The notes under the pieces were generated by a model. That model was not told the origin of the DNA. It saw nothing but the letters and a program-made list of their open reading frames with translations, and ran no database searches. 64,000 bases of DNA, from positions 806,001 through 870,000 of the forward strand of contig JANHCV010000002.1 of the NCBI GenBank assembly GCA_025594325.1, given 5' to 3'. Positions 9,810-21,491 of this stretch are shown here, in pieces; the first letter of the stretch is position 1; every line of letters begins with the position of its first letter. Source of the DNA: Blastocladiella emersonii ATCC 22665 (Eukaryota; Fungi; Blastocladiomycota). Both the position numbers and the translations under genes were made by a program.

Positions 9810-12800
9810 ATGCCACCAACTGCCGACGCATCCCCCGCCGCCCCCGCCGTGTCCGTGCTGCCGCGCCCGCCCACGCTGAACGAGCTCGCGCCGCCTTCGG
9901 CTCAAGAAGCGGTCCCGATGGACGTGGACGTCGACGCCGAGGCGGGCACGAGCAGCGGGAGCGGCGAGGACGACGATCCGGGCGTGGCGGCGGGAGCAGC
10001 GGCGACGGGCAGCGAGGCGCTCCTAGGGCCAGCGAGGTGCGCTTCCGAGAACACGCGACGCGTCCGCCGGCTTGTTGCGGCGGTGACGAGTGAGTCGCTC
10101 GCGGCCGCCGCTGTGGCGCCGCGGACATCTCTCGCTCTTGTCCTCTCCCTCCACCTCTCGCTCACCGTCCACTCGCTGCAATGTATTCGATCATGTAGCG
10201 ACCGTCCCGCCGCGCCCAACTCGCCGTCATCCGTGCCCCCGCTGGCCCCGCCAGCCCTCGCGCCCGCCGCTGCGGCCCCCGTCGCCGCCGCGACTGCCGT
10301 CCTCGCACCAGCACAGCCGCCCGCGCTCGCGACCACGTACATCTTCCCCGTGACGGTCGCTCTGCCGTTCGCGCCGGACCCGAGCGTGTCGACGAAGCGC
10401 ACCAAGTCGTCGGGTCCCGCCAAGGGCGCGTGCGGGCTGGTCCTCGGCGCCACCAACAACCAGCCCGCGGTGCTGTGCGCGCGCTCGATTCTGCGCGAGG
10501 CCCACGGCGGCCACCTGCCGCTCGAGTTTGCCATGCGCCGGTTTGCCGCGACCACCGACGAGGGCGAGGATGACGAGAGCGGTGACGAGGACGGGTCCGA
10601 CGATGAGGGCGACGACTCGGACGCGCCGCCCGCCGCCCCCGCCGCCCCCGCTGCCGCCGCTACGACCGACAACGACACGCAGGGCAGCGACGCGTCGGGC
10701 CCGCCGCCGCCGTCGAGCACGCAGCACTTTTTGATCCAGCTCGTCGCCAAGCACGCGCCGCCGACGCCGCCCGCCACCGCGGCCGCGAAGCGCAAGCCCA
10801 AGGCCAAGCGCGCGTCGCGCAACGAGTGGTACGACTCGGACGACTCGTTCATCGACGACGAGGACGAGTTTGCCGGCAACCTCGGCCTCATGGTCCCCGT
10901 CCGCCACGGCTTCTTCATGCAGCTCGGTGCCATCGACACCACCCCGCGCGACGGCGTCTCGGCCGTCCGCGAGTGGGGCGTCCGCAAGGGGCAGACCGCC
11001 GTCCTCTCGTCGTCGTCGTACGCGTCGCAGACCCAGTCGCAGGTGGCGGCGGTACCCGCGCCCGCTAAGACCAAGGTCGTCAAGGTGCCCGCGCCCGCCA
11101 CGGCGACGGCGGCTGCGGCGGCGAAAAAGGACAAGCCCACGGCCTCCGCTGCCGCTGCTGCAGGCGCCAAGCCGGCCAAGGCCGCCGCCGCCGCCGCCGC
11201 CGCCGCCAAGGTCAAGTCCGAAACCTCCGCAGTCGCGGGCGACGCCGCGTCGACCATCAACCGGCGGCACGCGCGGCTCGCGCGCCCGGGGACGATCGAG
11301 TTCCCGCTGTCGCCGGCTGTCCTGCAGGCGCTCGACGCGCACGCTGCGGTCGCCAAGCAGGTCGACTGGTCCAACAAGTCCGTGTTCCCGGAGCAGCTCA
11401 AGGAGCCGATATGGCAGGTCGTGCGCACCTACTTCCGCGAGACGTACCACCCGCCGTGCCAGACGCTGATCCGCAAGCTCGTCGATACCATGTCCTACAA
11501 CGGATTCACGGTGACGCGGTACATTGCGCGCAACCACGCGGACCGCATCGTCGCTGAGCTCGACGACGAGATTGACGAGCTGCTCGAGAAGCTCAACCGA
11601 GAGACCGAGACGATCCGCGATAAGACCGACGAGCGACGCGCCGAGGCCATGAATGGCGAGGCGAAGCGTACGTTCTTCTCGCTCGCTCCCTCTCGTTCCC
11701 GGAGTGAATCGGCGCTCACACCTTGCTCGCTCGCTCGACTACCGTAGGCCCGCGCGTCAAGCTGTCGCAGGCCGTCAAGACCTCGATCGGCGAGATCGCC
11801 AAGCGGTTCATCCTGTGCCACGTCATGCCCATCTGGAAGCAGTCTGCGCTCGGCAAGGGCACCGTCGAGCCCATCCCGCGCATCACCCTCAACAAGCTCA
11901 TCCTCGAGCGGGTCGACTGGTGCTTCCCCGTCAACTACCTGCGCACCTCGGACATCTCGGCCCTCGACTTCTGGGACCACTTCCCGTCCGAGCCCGAGAC
12001 CAAGGAAAAGGACGCCAAGGACATCAAGCACCCGCCCGCTGCCGCTAGCAAGACCGCCGCCGCCGCCAGCAAGCCGGCCACCGCTGCTACGTCTTCGGCA
12101 CCACCACCGCCCTCGCAGCAACAGCTCCTCGCCGCGCGCCGCTCGAGCAGCGGCGTCAAAACGTCCTCGCTGCCCAACTCATCGCCGCTCATGGCCCCCG
12201 CCCCCGCTGCCGTCACGTCGCCCACCAAGAAGCGCAAGCTCGCCGAGACCCAGCCCGACACTATCAGCAGCAGCTCATTGACCGTCGCGCCCGCGAGCTC
12301 GTCGTCGCCGCCCAAACGCCGCCGTTCCTCCTCGCCGACGAGCTCGTCCGCCGTGTCCTCAACCGTCACCACGGAACCAGGAACGGCGGGCGCGAGCACC
12401 GCATCGACGCCGCTCTCGTCGGCCGCGCCGAGCCCGCAGCTGCGCACCCTCCCGCCCGCTGTCCCCGTCGCGAACACGGCGCGCTCGCTCCTGTCCACGG
12501 CCGTTTCCGCATCCGAAGCGCCCGCGTCTGCGTCCGCCGACGACGAGGCCGCGACGCCCAAGCCCGCCGCCCCGCGCCCGCCGCAGCTGACGACGCTTCT
12601 CCGCGCGACCGCCGCCGACTCCTCGACACCCGTCTCGCCGCGGTCCGACGTCGAGACGGCTACGCCCAAGGCCAGCAACGGGTCTGCAGCCACCGTCCTC
12701 GCGCAGCAGCTCAGCGGGAAACCGCCGGCGGCCATCATCCCGCTCCCGCTCCCGCCCGCTGCCGCGGGCGCCGCGAGCGTGCTCCCACCGCCGCTCGGGC

Positions 12801-12952
12801 CGACCGCGAGTCCGATGCTGCCCAGTCCGTTCGGCGGCGGCGGCGGGACCGCAGCGGCGGAGACGCCCGCGCGTAACTTGCTCGGCGTCCCGTTGCCGCT
12901 CAACCCGTCGCCCGGAACCGCGGCGGGGAAGCAGTCAAAGAAGTCGGGGTGA
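9810..12952 (+). CDS. HPC2: Hpc2/ubinuclein-like HIRA complex subunit
   Basis: HRD/HUN-type motif EWYDSDDSFIDDEDE...HGFFMQLG, followed by a helical ubinuclein-middle-like region and an S/P/A-rich tail. Introns read from the sequence: 10037-10198 (GTGCGC..TAG, 162 nt) and 11668-11747 (GTACGT..TAG), the latter joining the two ORFs as EAKRPRVKL. Confidence 0.75.
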
Positions 12953-14712
12953 CACGAAGGCTAGAGTGCCGAGAGGAAGAATACATTGATCAAACCGTCC
13001 CGCTCGCGTCTCGAGGATCCGGTCGAGGTGGGAACCAGGACGTTTTGAGCTCGCGCGTGGCGAGTGTCCACGGCGTCAAGTTTGGTTAGCGTGCACATGC
13101 GAAGCTGCGTGCAATATACGCGAAGTTCACAGAGCGTGTACGGGTGGAATCGAGAAGCACGGCTCTGCTGGGTCCCTGGCCGTATGGGCCGGTGAGAGGA
13201 GGGGAGACGGCGTCGCCGCTCGCGCTCTTGGCCAATGCTCAGCTCGCCGTGCAGGCGACACTGCCAAGTAAGCACTATCGAGGTGCACAGTGCACGAAGC
13301 GGGAAGTTGAGAGGACCGCAACCTCGCGCCTCGCCCGAGGGACGACGATGAACATCGAAGCGCGGGAGGAAGCGAGCCGCTGCAGTCATCACGCGGAGAT
13401 GTTCCGCACGCGGCGCGACGCGTTGCCCCCGCGCGATCCCCTCGGGCAGGAAGATCCGCGTCGCGAGACAAACAGCAACGGTGGAAGCAATGCGACGAGT
13501 GAAGCGGGTGAGGTCGATGAGTGCGAGTACACGCAGCGAATGGAACGGGTTCGGCGGCGGCGGTCGTCCCACCCTGCCATCCTCAGCAGCGAGTCACGGC
13601 ACCCCACTCACGGCTCACGGTGTTGTTCGTGAACGCACTCACCGTCCGCGCGCGTCCTATCGATGCCTTTGGGGATCCGCAGATGGCATAGTCGAAGGGC
13701 GGAGCGAGGAGTGGTCGCCGCAACGGGCGGTTGACGCGTCGTCGCTCGCGTGCACCGCTCCTTCGGTGCCGTCGCGGCGCAAACTTTGAGTTCTTTGACA
13801 CGGCAATCATCATGGAGGTGGCCGTGACGCTGCCATTGCGGCGAGTCGCGGTCGGGGTCATCAGACTGCATTGCGAGCACCGTGCTCGTGTTGGGCGGCC
13901 AGTCATCCGTCCCGCCGCGCCGCTCTCGGCGCTCTCTCTCTGCGGGACACGCGGCCGGCGACCCGGTGTCGTGACCGCGGCGCACACCAATTATCGTCGC
14001 CCGCCGCGCGTCCTCTCGACGTGGCGACGGATCTCGTCCTTTGCGACGTAGCCCGCTGCACTCGGCCTCGCTCGACCACGATGCCTCCCGCAACCGCTCG
14101 CGTCAAGTCAAGCCTTGCCGCCGCTCTGCTCGCGCTTCGTTTACCTTCACGGTCAGGCGTGACCAGTCGCCCACGCCCGTTCAGTCGGACCTGTCGGCCA
14201 GTTCTCGCTGTCGCCCAACATGACTGGAACCAGCCCCCTCGCTCGACAGCAGTGGGCGCGGCCGTGCCCCGCCCGCTCAAAGTACGAGCTGATCCGGCCT
14301 CCCTCTCTCCTGCTCCCTCACCCCCCCAATATCGATTTGATCCAGGCAACTATCATCGCGCTCATGACCATCACCATGAATCTCGACCATCGATGCATGC
14401 AAACTGACCCCCGTCCTCGTCGCGTAGATCCGTGATCCGACATCATCGTGTTCTCCGCATCCTATCGATACTCGCTGCTGCCGTTCGTCCTCTGACGTCC
14501 TGCCGCCGCACACTTCCCTACCCCACCCACTGCACCACGCACCACGCACCACGCACCCGATCGGTGCTGCTTCCCGCGTCGCTCGTCTCGCGCCGCACCT
14601 CGCTCGCTGCTGCCTGCTGCGCCACCCCCTCGTAGACCCTCGCGCCGCTCATCTCGCTGCTGCGCCACCGCATCCTCGACTACCAGCACTCGCCGCGGGC
14701 TCCGTCTTCACC

Positions 14713-17035
14713 ATGGACCGCCACCCCGCCGCCGCCGCCGCCATGTCGGTGCTGCTGTTCGAGTACTTCATGCAGCTGTTCAGGCTCACCGTCGACTTTG
14801 TCTTCCACGCGCTCGTGATCGCGTTCCCGCACGCCAAGCTCGACGACTCGCGCCGCGTGTACTCGGTGGCCGCGACCGCCGCCTCCACCGTCGCCTCGTT
14901 CGGCACCGTGGTCGCGCCCGTCGCCGTCGCCTCGCTGCTCGGCCTCTCCAACACGACTCGCCTCGTCTACCGCAACGCCATGGCCCTCTCGCTCGCAGCT
15001 TCCGGCTACGACCTGACCTTCATCATCGCCAACACCAAGTCGACCGCGGTTTCTCGTCGGCCTCACGCCTCCGTCGGCCTCATCACGGCCGCTGCCACTA
15101 CTACCACCGCGACTGACTCGCGCACCACTACGTTCACGCTCGCTGCCGTGGCCGCGGCCTTCCTTCGTGCGCGCGCGCTCGCTGACCTCCTCACGGCCGC
15201 TTCCACGACTACTACTACGACCGGCTCGCGCGTCACGCTCTCGTTCAACGCCTCGGCCATGGCCTTCCTGCTCGCGCGCGTTCCCGCTGGCCTTCTCGCG
15301 GCCGTCACCAAGTCCAAGGCCACCATCACGCGCTCTCGCCCGGCCCTCTCGCTCGTCGACACCGCGGCCAAGTCCACGATCCGGGCCCGTGTTCCCGCTG
15401 GCCTCCTCACTTCCACCGCGCTCTCGAACACTTACAGCTACTCGCTCGGCACCGTGGTGGTCCACCTCCCGCCCTCGGCCCGTGTTCCTGTCGGCCTGCT
15501 GACCGCCACCGCGCACACGGGCACCAGCAGCAGCTCCTCGCTCGGCGACGTCGCGGTTCACCGTCTGCCGCTGCCCTCGGTCCTCGCGTCGGCGCCCGTC
15601 ATGTCGGTCCTTACGTCGGCGCCCGTCGTGTCGGTTTTCGTGTCGCGCAGCGGGGTCTCGTTCCGGCTCCACTCGTTTGTGGCCAGCACCGACAAGTTCA
15701 TGGGCCGCGTCGCGTCGACCTTCTTCACCCCGCTCTCGCTCAAGTCGCTTGCCGGCAGCATCACGTCTACCCTCCGCCGCCTACTTCGCACCATGCCCCC
15801 CGCCGACTCGGGCACCGACGTCGCCGACCTGACGCCCGCCGCGCTCGAGATCAAGTACCCGTCGTACGCGCTCGGCCCGGGCGAGATCATCAACTTCGTG
15901 ATCACCCAGAGGCTCGAGGACGCGCTGCGCCTCAAGGTCCCCGAGGTACCAGTGCCGTTCGTTCCGCGCGAGCGCACGGCGTCGGAGCAGGCGGCGTTCC
16001 TCGCGCACTGGACCGCGCCCATTGTGCCCGTCCCGATCGGCGTCGACACGGTCGAGGTCGGCGGCACGCCCTCGCTCCCCGCCGACATCAAGGCGCAGTA
16101 CGCCGCGCACAAGGAGCTCCACTCGGTACGTCTCTCCTTTCCGCCGAGCCAGCTCGTCCCGCGTACCCCATCTGACTGTATTCGCTGTGTAGGTCTCGCG
16201 CTCCTCGCCCATCGGCCGCGCGCTCAAGGGCGTGGCGAACCGGCTCGGCCTCCGCACGCCCGGCATCGACCGCTTCGCCAAGACCGTGACGTCGCCGGCC
16301 TCAACGACGGGCATCGCCGCGTACTCGGAGACGCCCGAGGCCGAGATCGCCGCTCAGCAGGTTGTGGTACGTTTTTTTTTTTTTTTTTTCTTTACCGTGG
16401 GTCTCGATCGAGGCGCACTGCTGACACGCACTCGGTTGATCCCCGGTCGTGTAGATCTCTGAGACGATCGAGTCGTTCGCGGCGCCCAAGCCCAAGCCCA
16501 AGCCCGCGCCGTTCCCCAAGCCGTCCCTGTTCGGCGCCGGCGCCTACACCAACGCCAAGGTCGTCGACGCCGCGTTCGAGAAGTTCATGTCGGACGACGG
16601 CTGGCAGTACGCCACGGATGCGCCGCTCGTGGACACGACGGCCGCGTCCAAGCCCGTCGAGCACATCTACTCGGTACGTTTTCGTGTGCGCGAGTACTCG
16701 ACTGCACGCACGCACACACTGACCCTTCGACTTCCCTCTCCCGCGTAGCCCTGTCCACGAGTGGCCCCATGTTCGCCGCGCCCAAGTTCGCCGCCGCCAA
16801 GGCCGTCGGCCGCGCCATCACGCACGGCACCTTCGAGCTCGGGCTCGACGAGGAGGAAATCCAGTCGATCTGCTTCGCACCCGGCGCGTGGATCAAGCCG
16901 GAATCCCATCAGGAGGTCCGCTCGTACCCGTCCGCTGGCAAGGTGTGCGACAAGGACTTTTGGTGGGAGCCGAAGCAGCCCAAGTCCAAGTCCAAGGTCG
17001 AGGCGCCTCAGCAGAAGGCGCCCCAGATGGGCTGA
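14713..17035 (+). CDS. Hypothetical protein with hydrophobic N-terminus and internal degenerate repeats
   Basis: Long first exon plus three canonical introns (16126-16192, 16367-16454, 16674-16748) that keep the frame to TGA at 17033-17035. No domain recognised. Confidence 0.7.
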
Positions 17036-17208
17036 TCCGATCTCGCTCCCAGTAACGGCGGCTGGCTCACCAGTTCGCGCGTGGGGGTCGAGTCGGAGAA
17101 GCCGCTCAGTGTATGCCGATTGTTTTTTTTTGAAGATCTTTTTAGATAGACGTTGTTCTCACAGTTTGTGCGTTGGTTTCGCTGAGCAGCAATAACGCGT
17201 TCAGTGAG

Positions 17209-17230
17209 GACGCGTTGCGCCACTCACCTG
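17209..17230 (+). repeat. 22-bp direct repeat, copy 1 (GACGCGTTGCGCCACTCACCTG); left arm of a 10-bp hairpin
   Basis: Identical to 18189-18210. GGACGCGTTG (17208-17217) pairs with CAACGCGTCC (17237-17246). Confidence 0.9.
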
Positions 17231-17417
17231 CTCGACCAACGCGTCCAGTTTTGCAGGGATGGGACGAGTTCGGCGAATCACACGCATCTACCTCGAGGAG
17301 AGCAGACTACGTATGTATATAGCAGCAGCACAACACGTGTTCTGCGATCCCGGACGGCGTGGTTGTCGCGAAATGCGTGATGTTGAGGTTTGATGTTCGC
17401 TCGTTCACTCTTCTGCA

Positions 17418-18090
17418 CGAACGCCGACGCTCACTCCGACCGAGCTCGCCCTGGCGCAGGCGGCGGCGCGGCGCGACCGCATGGAGCGGCTGCAACGGGA
17501 CATTGACCAGTCGACGGTCGAGCTGGTGCAGGCGCGGTCGCTGCTCGCAACCATGCTGGTCAAGCACCCGCCCGCGCGGCGGTGGGTGCTGTCGCTCGGC
17601 CTGCGGCCCGAGGACCTGCCCCAGGGCATGGCCGAGGCGGTCGCGCAGTCGCAGGGCGTGCTGACGGCGGCGCAGCAGGCGCAGCTCGTCAACGACATCC
17701 CCGCCGAGGACCGGCACACGCTGCGCGCGCACGTCGACGACGTGAACATGTACCGCAACCAGGTGATCCGCCAGACCATGGAGCTGCGCGAGGTGCGGTC
17801 GGCGCACACGTTCATGGAGACGGTGCTCGATGCAGTTCAACGGGCGGAAGAACAGACGTGCCCAGTTTGTCTCGACTCGATTACCTCGGATTTTGCCATT
17901 ACCGCGTGCGCCCACATCTATTGTCTACCGTGCGGCAACCAGCTCAAGGAGTCGGCCAACGCCAAGTGCCCGATCTGCCGGCATTCGCTCAGCGACGGGC
18001 TCACGCAGATGCGGCTCGACCCGACGGCCGCCGAGGTCACGGGCGAGGCCGAGGGCGGCGCCGCCGCGGCGGGTGCGGGCGGGCACGCGG
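17418..18090 (+). pseudogene. Gene fragment: coiled coil plus C3HC4 RING resembling the RING segment of Rad5/SHPRH-type SNF2 proteins
   Basis: CPVC-x-CAHIYCLPC-x-CPICR RING. Coding-like GC-rich sequence begins abruptly near 17420 and runs into AT-rich sequence near 18090. No helicase domains follow. It could instead be a small stand-alone RING gene starting at ATG 17481. Confidence 0.55.
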
Positions 18091-18188
18091 TTGATGTTTT
18101 AATGTTAATTCTATATGTTATCCTGATAGACTACGCCTTTTCGAGTATCAGCAAAGGGTATGAGGCGAGCGAGGGGGAGATGACTGAC

Positions 18189-18210
18189 GACGCGTTGCGC
18201 CACTCACCTG
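18189..18210 (+). repeat. 22-bp direct repeat, copy 2
   Basis: Identical to 17209-17230, 980 bp downstream. Confidence 0.9.
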
Positions 18211-18350
18211 AAACACGATGTGTGCAAGCACATCTCGTCAAGTGTTGTTTCCGACAGTGAGGAGGCTAGAAGTAGGTTCAAACAATGTGTATATATATTC
18301 AATCGAAACATTGGGAGTTACGCGTCCATTTGGCCTCCCATGTGTAAGCA

Positions 18351-20005
18351 TCAACGCTCGATCGTAACGTTGGGCGAAACGAGAGCCGGGAGTTCCTGCT
18401 TCAACTCCTCCGAGATTGGGTTGCCGGCAAGCGCGAGCGTCTCAAGGGACTGAGGAAGTCGAGGCATGATGAGCCTCACATCGTTGTCTGTGAAGTTGAC
18501 GCCACACAACTTGAGATCACGCAATTGCGGAGGCATGAGCTCGGCAAGCGCGACAGCACCAAGCGATTCAAGCCGGTTGTAGCTCAGGTCGAGGAAGGTC
18601 AAGGCGTTTGGGAGCCGTGCGAGCAGAACTGCCAGCGAATCTGGGCCCAGGGCCGAAAACTGAGCAGTGAGATTGGTGATCGTGGCGGGAATCAACGTGG
18701 TAAAGTTCAAGAACGCGCCGTCAGTGAGCGAATTGAGGGAAACGTCCAGGTCGGTCAAAGATTTTGGGAATCGCTGCGAATGGAGCGGCGAACCTGTCCC
18801 GCGGCTCAAAGGATTGCTGCTAGCCCGAAGTTCCTTGATCTGTTCAACAAAGTCCTGCGCCGCCGTGTGGCCCAAAGCACGAGAAATCAGGCTGCGCCCT
18901 TGATTGATCGAGTCCTGGCCGCTGCGATGCACCCAAGTCTCGGGATCAGTCGGGTCTGGCCCTCCAAACTCGTTATCATACATGACGAGTCGCTGAAGGC
19001 CAGAAGGCAGGTGAGCAGCCACAGACTCGAGGGAGTGCCAATAGAGCTCGTTGCCCGATAAGTCGAGGGTGTTGAGCTTGGGCGGGAGGATTCGAAGGAC
19101 CGGTTCGATATCGGCGCCACCAAAGCGGCAAGCGTGCAGGGTCAGCAAGTGAAGGTGTTCTGGAAGGCCGCGGAGAAGCATTGCGAGCGATTCAGGTTCC
19201 AACGTGCTGTATGTGAACGAGAGCGTTTGGAGGTTGGGCGGCCATGTCCAACCGTCCAGCAAGCTGTTCGCGTGCATGTCTTCGAACCAAAAGGCATGAA
19301 CGCGAAAAGTCTCGAGCGTTGCTGGCAGTTGGAGCGACGCAAAGCGGCTCATGTCAAGCGTGGAACCCATGATTTCGAGCGAGGTGAGCTGCTGGCCGGG
19401 GCTGGCAAACGCATGGTTTAGACGGCGGATTCCGTCCATGTCAATGACCTGTTTGCGTAGCGTGAGCGCGTTTGTGCGACCATCTACCAGGGCGGAAAAA
19501 TCGACGGATGGCTATCGTGCAAACATCCATGGGTGAATGGGCCAGTTCGTGCGTATTTAAACAGGGATATCCGTACAGTTTCGTCATCGCCTTGGCCGTT
19601 CATGGCGTAGCAGCCTGGATAAAGCCCAAGTGCGACAAGAAACTCGTCGTCGAGGTATTCAACTGCTGTTTTGGGTAGAACCTTTCCCCGGAACCACTCC
19701 AAGACTGCAAGCCACTTGCACTCGGCAGCCTCCGTGAGCCCGAACATGGAGACCGCGGTTGACAGGCCGAGCCGAAGCCGCCGTTCGAGCACAGCAACGC
19801 GGCCGGCCGCACAGGCTGCATCGACGGTGAAGCGAGGATGCCGGTCGAGAATAGCTCGTTGGACGCCGGGAGCATCGTTGTGGCGCAGGACGCGGGCATA
19901 CTGCAAGAGTCCAGCGAGATCTATGGGCTCGTCGTGCAAGTGGACGGCGTGGACGAGAATACGCTCAAGCACGCGTGGTATATGGACCCGAGAGAGTTGC
20001 ATCAT
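18351..20005 (-). CDS. Ankyrin-like N-terminus plus RNI-like leucine-rich repeat protein
   Basis: ORFs 19484-20005 and 18351-19439 join in frame through a 65-nt intron 19576-19512 (GTACGG..GATAG, giving DDET|PSVDFS). N-terminal VDAACAAGRVAVLE...WLAVLEWF is ankyrin-like. The C-terminus has LxxLxLSxNxL repeats (LNTLDLSGNEL, LTDLDVSLNSL, LTFLDLSYNRL). Confidence 0.8.
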
Positions 20006-20117
20006 GTTTTCATTCGTTTAGCATCAGCGGCGAGGAACAACAGGGGAGCGGCGACGGAGGGCGGTTGCCGCTCGCTAAGGTCGCGCGACCGCTGGGCCGC
20101 GGTGATCAGCCGCGCAT

Positions 20118-20138
20118 CACCTGATATCGCGGCGCGTC
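20118..20138 (-). promoter_or_regulatory. Bipartite motif variant GACGCGCCG-CGATA-TCAGGTG
   Basis: About 70 bp downstream of the RING-H2 stop, in sense orientation, with 2 mismatches to the consensus. Confidence 0.35.
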
Positions 20139-20209
20139 TCACACGCTGTCTCCGTCGCGAGCGGACAAAAGCAGGGTTTTGATAAACCATACAGACTCAT
20201 GCGTAAAAT

Positions 20210-20917
20210 TCAAAGGGCTGCATCAACCGACATTAGGAGCACGTAAAAGGCGCTCAGGTAATAGAGCGCGACAACCACTGACGAACAGACGAGCAGCGTT
20301 ATGAGTTCGTCGGCAATTTGACGTTGGATTGACCTCCTTCGCTTGCAATCATCTTTTTTCTTGTAAACCACTCGTTTCCCGTCACTTGACGGTGTGACCA
20401 CACGATCAGCGTGAACTTGTTCAAGTGTCGAGGCGTGAGCGGCCTCGGCCGCTTCGATCTCTCGTTGGCTCCGTTCGGCCAGCTCTGCATACAATTGCTC
20501 GCGTCTTTGAAGCTCGGTCCGGTGTACGGTCCGGAGCTCCTCCAACTGGCGCCGCGATTCATCCCGCTCACGTCGCATGGTCTCGAACTCGGCGCCAGGT
20601 GCGGGACCATCGATGAAGATGCGGATGAGACGGACATCTGGGTTGCGACATGTTGGACACCGAGGTTGTGTGCTGAGCCACGGCTCGGCGCATCTAGACG
20701 GGGGTTGCGCCGCGTGAGCAGTGGCAGCGGTAGTGACGTGTCCTATTCGAGGTATAAAGCTCGGTACGCACTCCCTGTGAAAAACATGCCCGCAGTAGAG
20801 CGCAACCATCACGTATGTGTAGGGTTCGTGGCATATGACACAGCCAGGAACATCCTTGCAAACTTCGGCCTCGGCCTCGCTGGACAGCTGAGCGCCAGTC
20901 GGAGCATCTGCTGACAT
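20210..20917 (-). CDS. RING-H2 plus coiled-coil plus C-terminal hydrophobic segment (TRAIP-like architecture) E3 ligase
   Basis: Removing the in-frame 78-nt intron 20771-20694 (GTGCGT..CTAG) restores CVIC...CGHVFHREC AEPW...CPTC. A coiled coil follows, then a hydrophobic C-terminus. Confidence 0.7.
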   Translation of the reverse strand: MSADAPTGAQLSSEAEAEVCKDVPGCVICHEPYTYVMVALYCGHVFHRECVPSFIPRIGHVTTAATAHAAQPPSRCAEPWLSTQPRCPTCRNPDVRLIRIFIDGPAPGAEFETMRRERDESRRQLEELRTVHRTELQRREQLYAELAERSQREIEAAEAAHASTLEQVHADRVVTPSSDGKRVVYKKKDDCKRRRSIQRQIADELITLLVCSSVVVALYYLSAFYVLLMSVDAAL

Positions 20918-21343
20918 TTTAATTCAAACCATTCGGACGGGAGCTGGCCGGCGGAGTACGAGAGCGCGTCAAATTTGTGTCGCGTGGTCCAACAAAGGAC
21001 GCATCCGGCTTGTTTCTCACACGTTCCTCTCCGCGGACAAACGAGGGACAGTTTGAGGTTGAATGTGTCCGCGAGGTGACGGCATGGCTAGGGGGTGGAC
21101 AAAACGCGTGAGTGCTGAGCTGGTTCGGCTTGTTGCAACAGACTAACGGAGCCGTCGTTGGCTTCCATATACGGGTGAGCGCCGTTTCGTGTGAAAAAGG
21201 AAGAGAAAGTCGCGACGCGCCACTCGCGTCGCTCACGTCGAACATGCTGCTTGAGTATCCCTTATCACACTCATATTTTTCATTGGAAACGTACAATCGT
21301 TCACTGTTGCGCTCGGCAGAATGTCATTTAGCTGACAGCACGG

Positions 21344-21365
21344 GACGCGTCGCGCCACTCACGTG
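21344..21365 (+). promoter_or_regulatory. Bipartite motif GACGCGTCG-CGCCAC-TCACGTG
   Basis: Near-identical to the 17209, 18189 and 33195 copies. Lies in the spacer below the LRR pseudogene, antisense to it. Confidence 0.45.
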
Positions 21366-21491
21366 CGACTGTGCAGCTTCCTGCGCAAGTGCATAATCGC
21401 GGCCTCATTCTGAAATGCTTCTACGATCAACCAAGACCACAAGCAAAGTTTTTTTTTCTCGGGACGGGAAATCAAACAAAAAGAGGCGAGC

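Noticed and set aside
12961-14100. Possible minus-strand gene with one plausible intron (13642-13574)
   Set aside because: Neither the spliced nor the unspliced frames give a protein-like sequence or codon bias, and only one intron is convincing.
16371-16390. Poly-T tract (also poly-C near 40840 and CA repeat near 53875)
   Set aside because: Simple repeats in an intron, a transposon leader and a 3' spacer; nothing further is supported.
17208-17260. Helitron 3' terminus
   Set aside because: A hairpin is present but there is no CTRR end downstream and no Rep/helicase.
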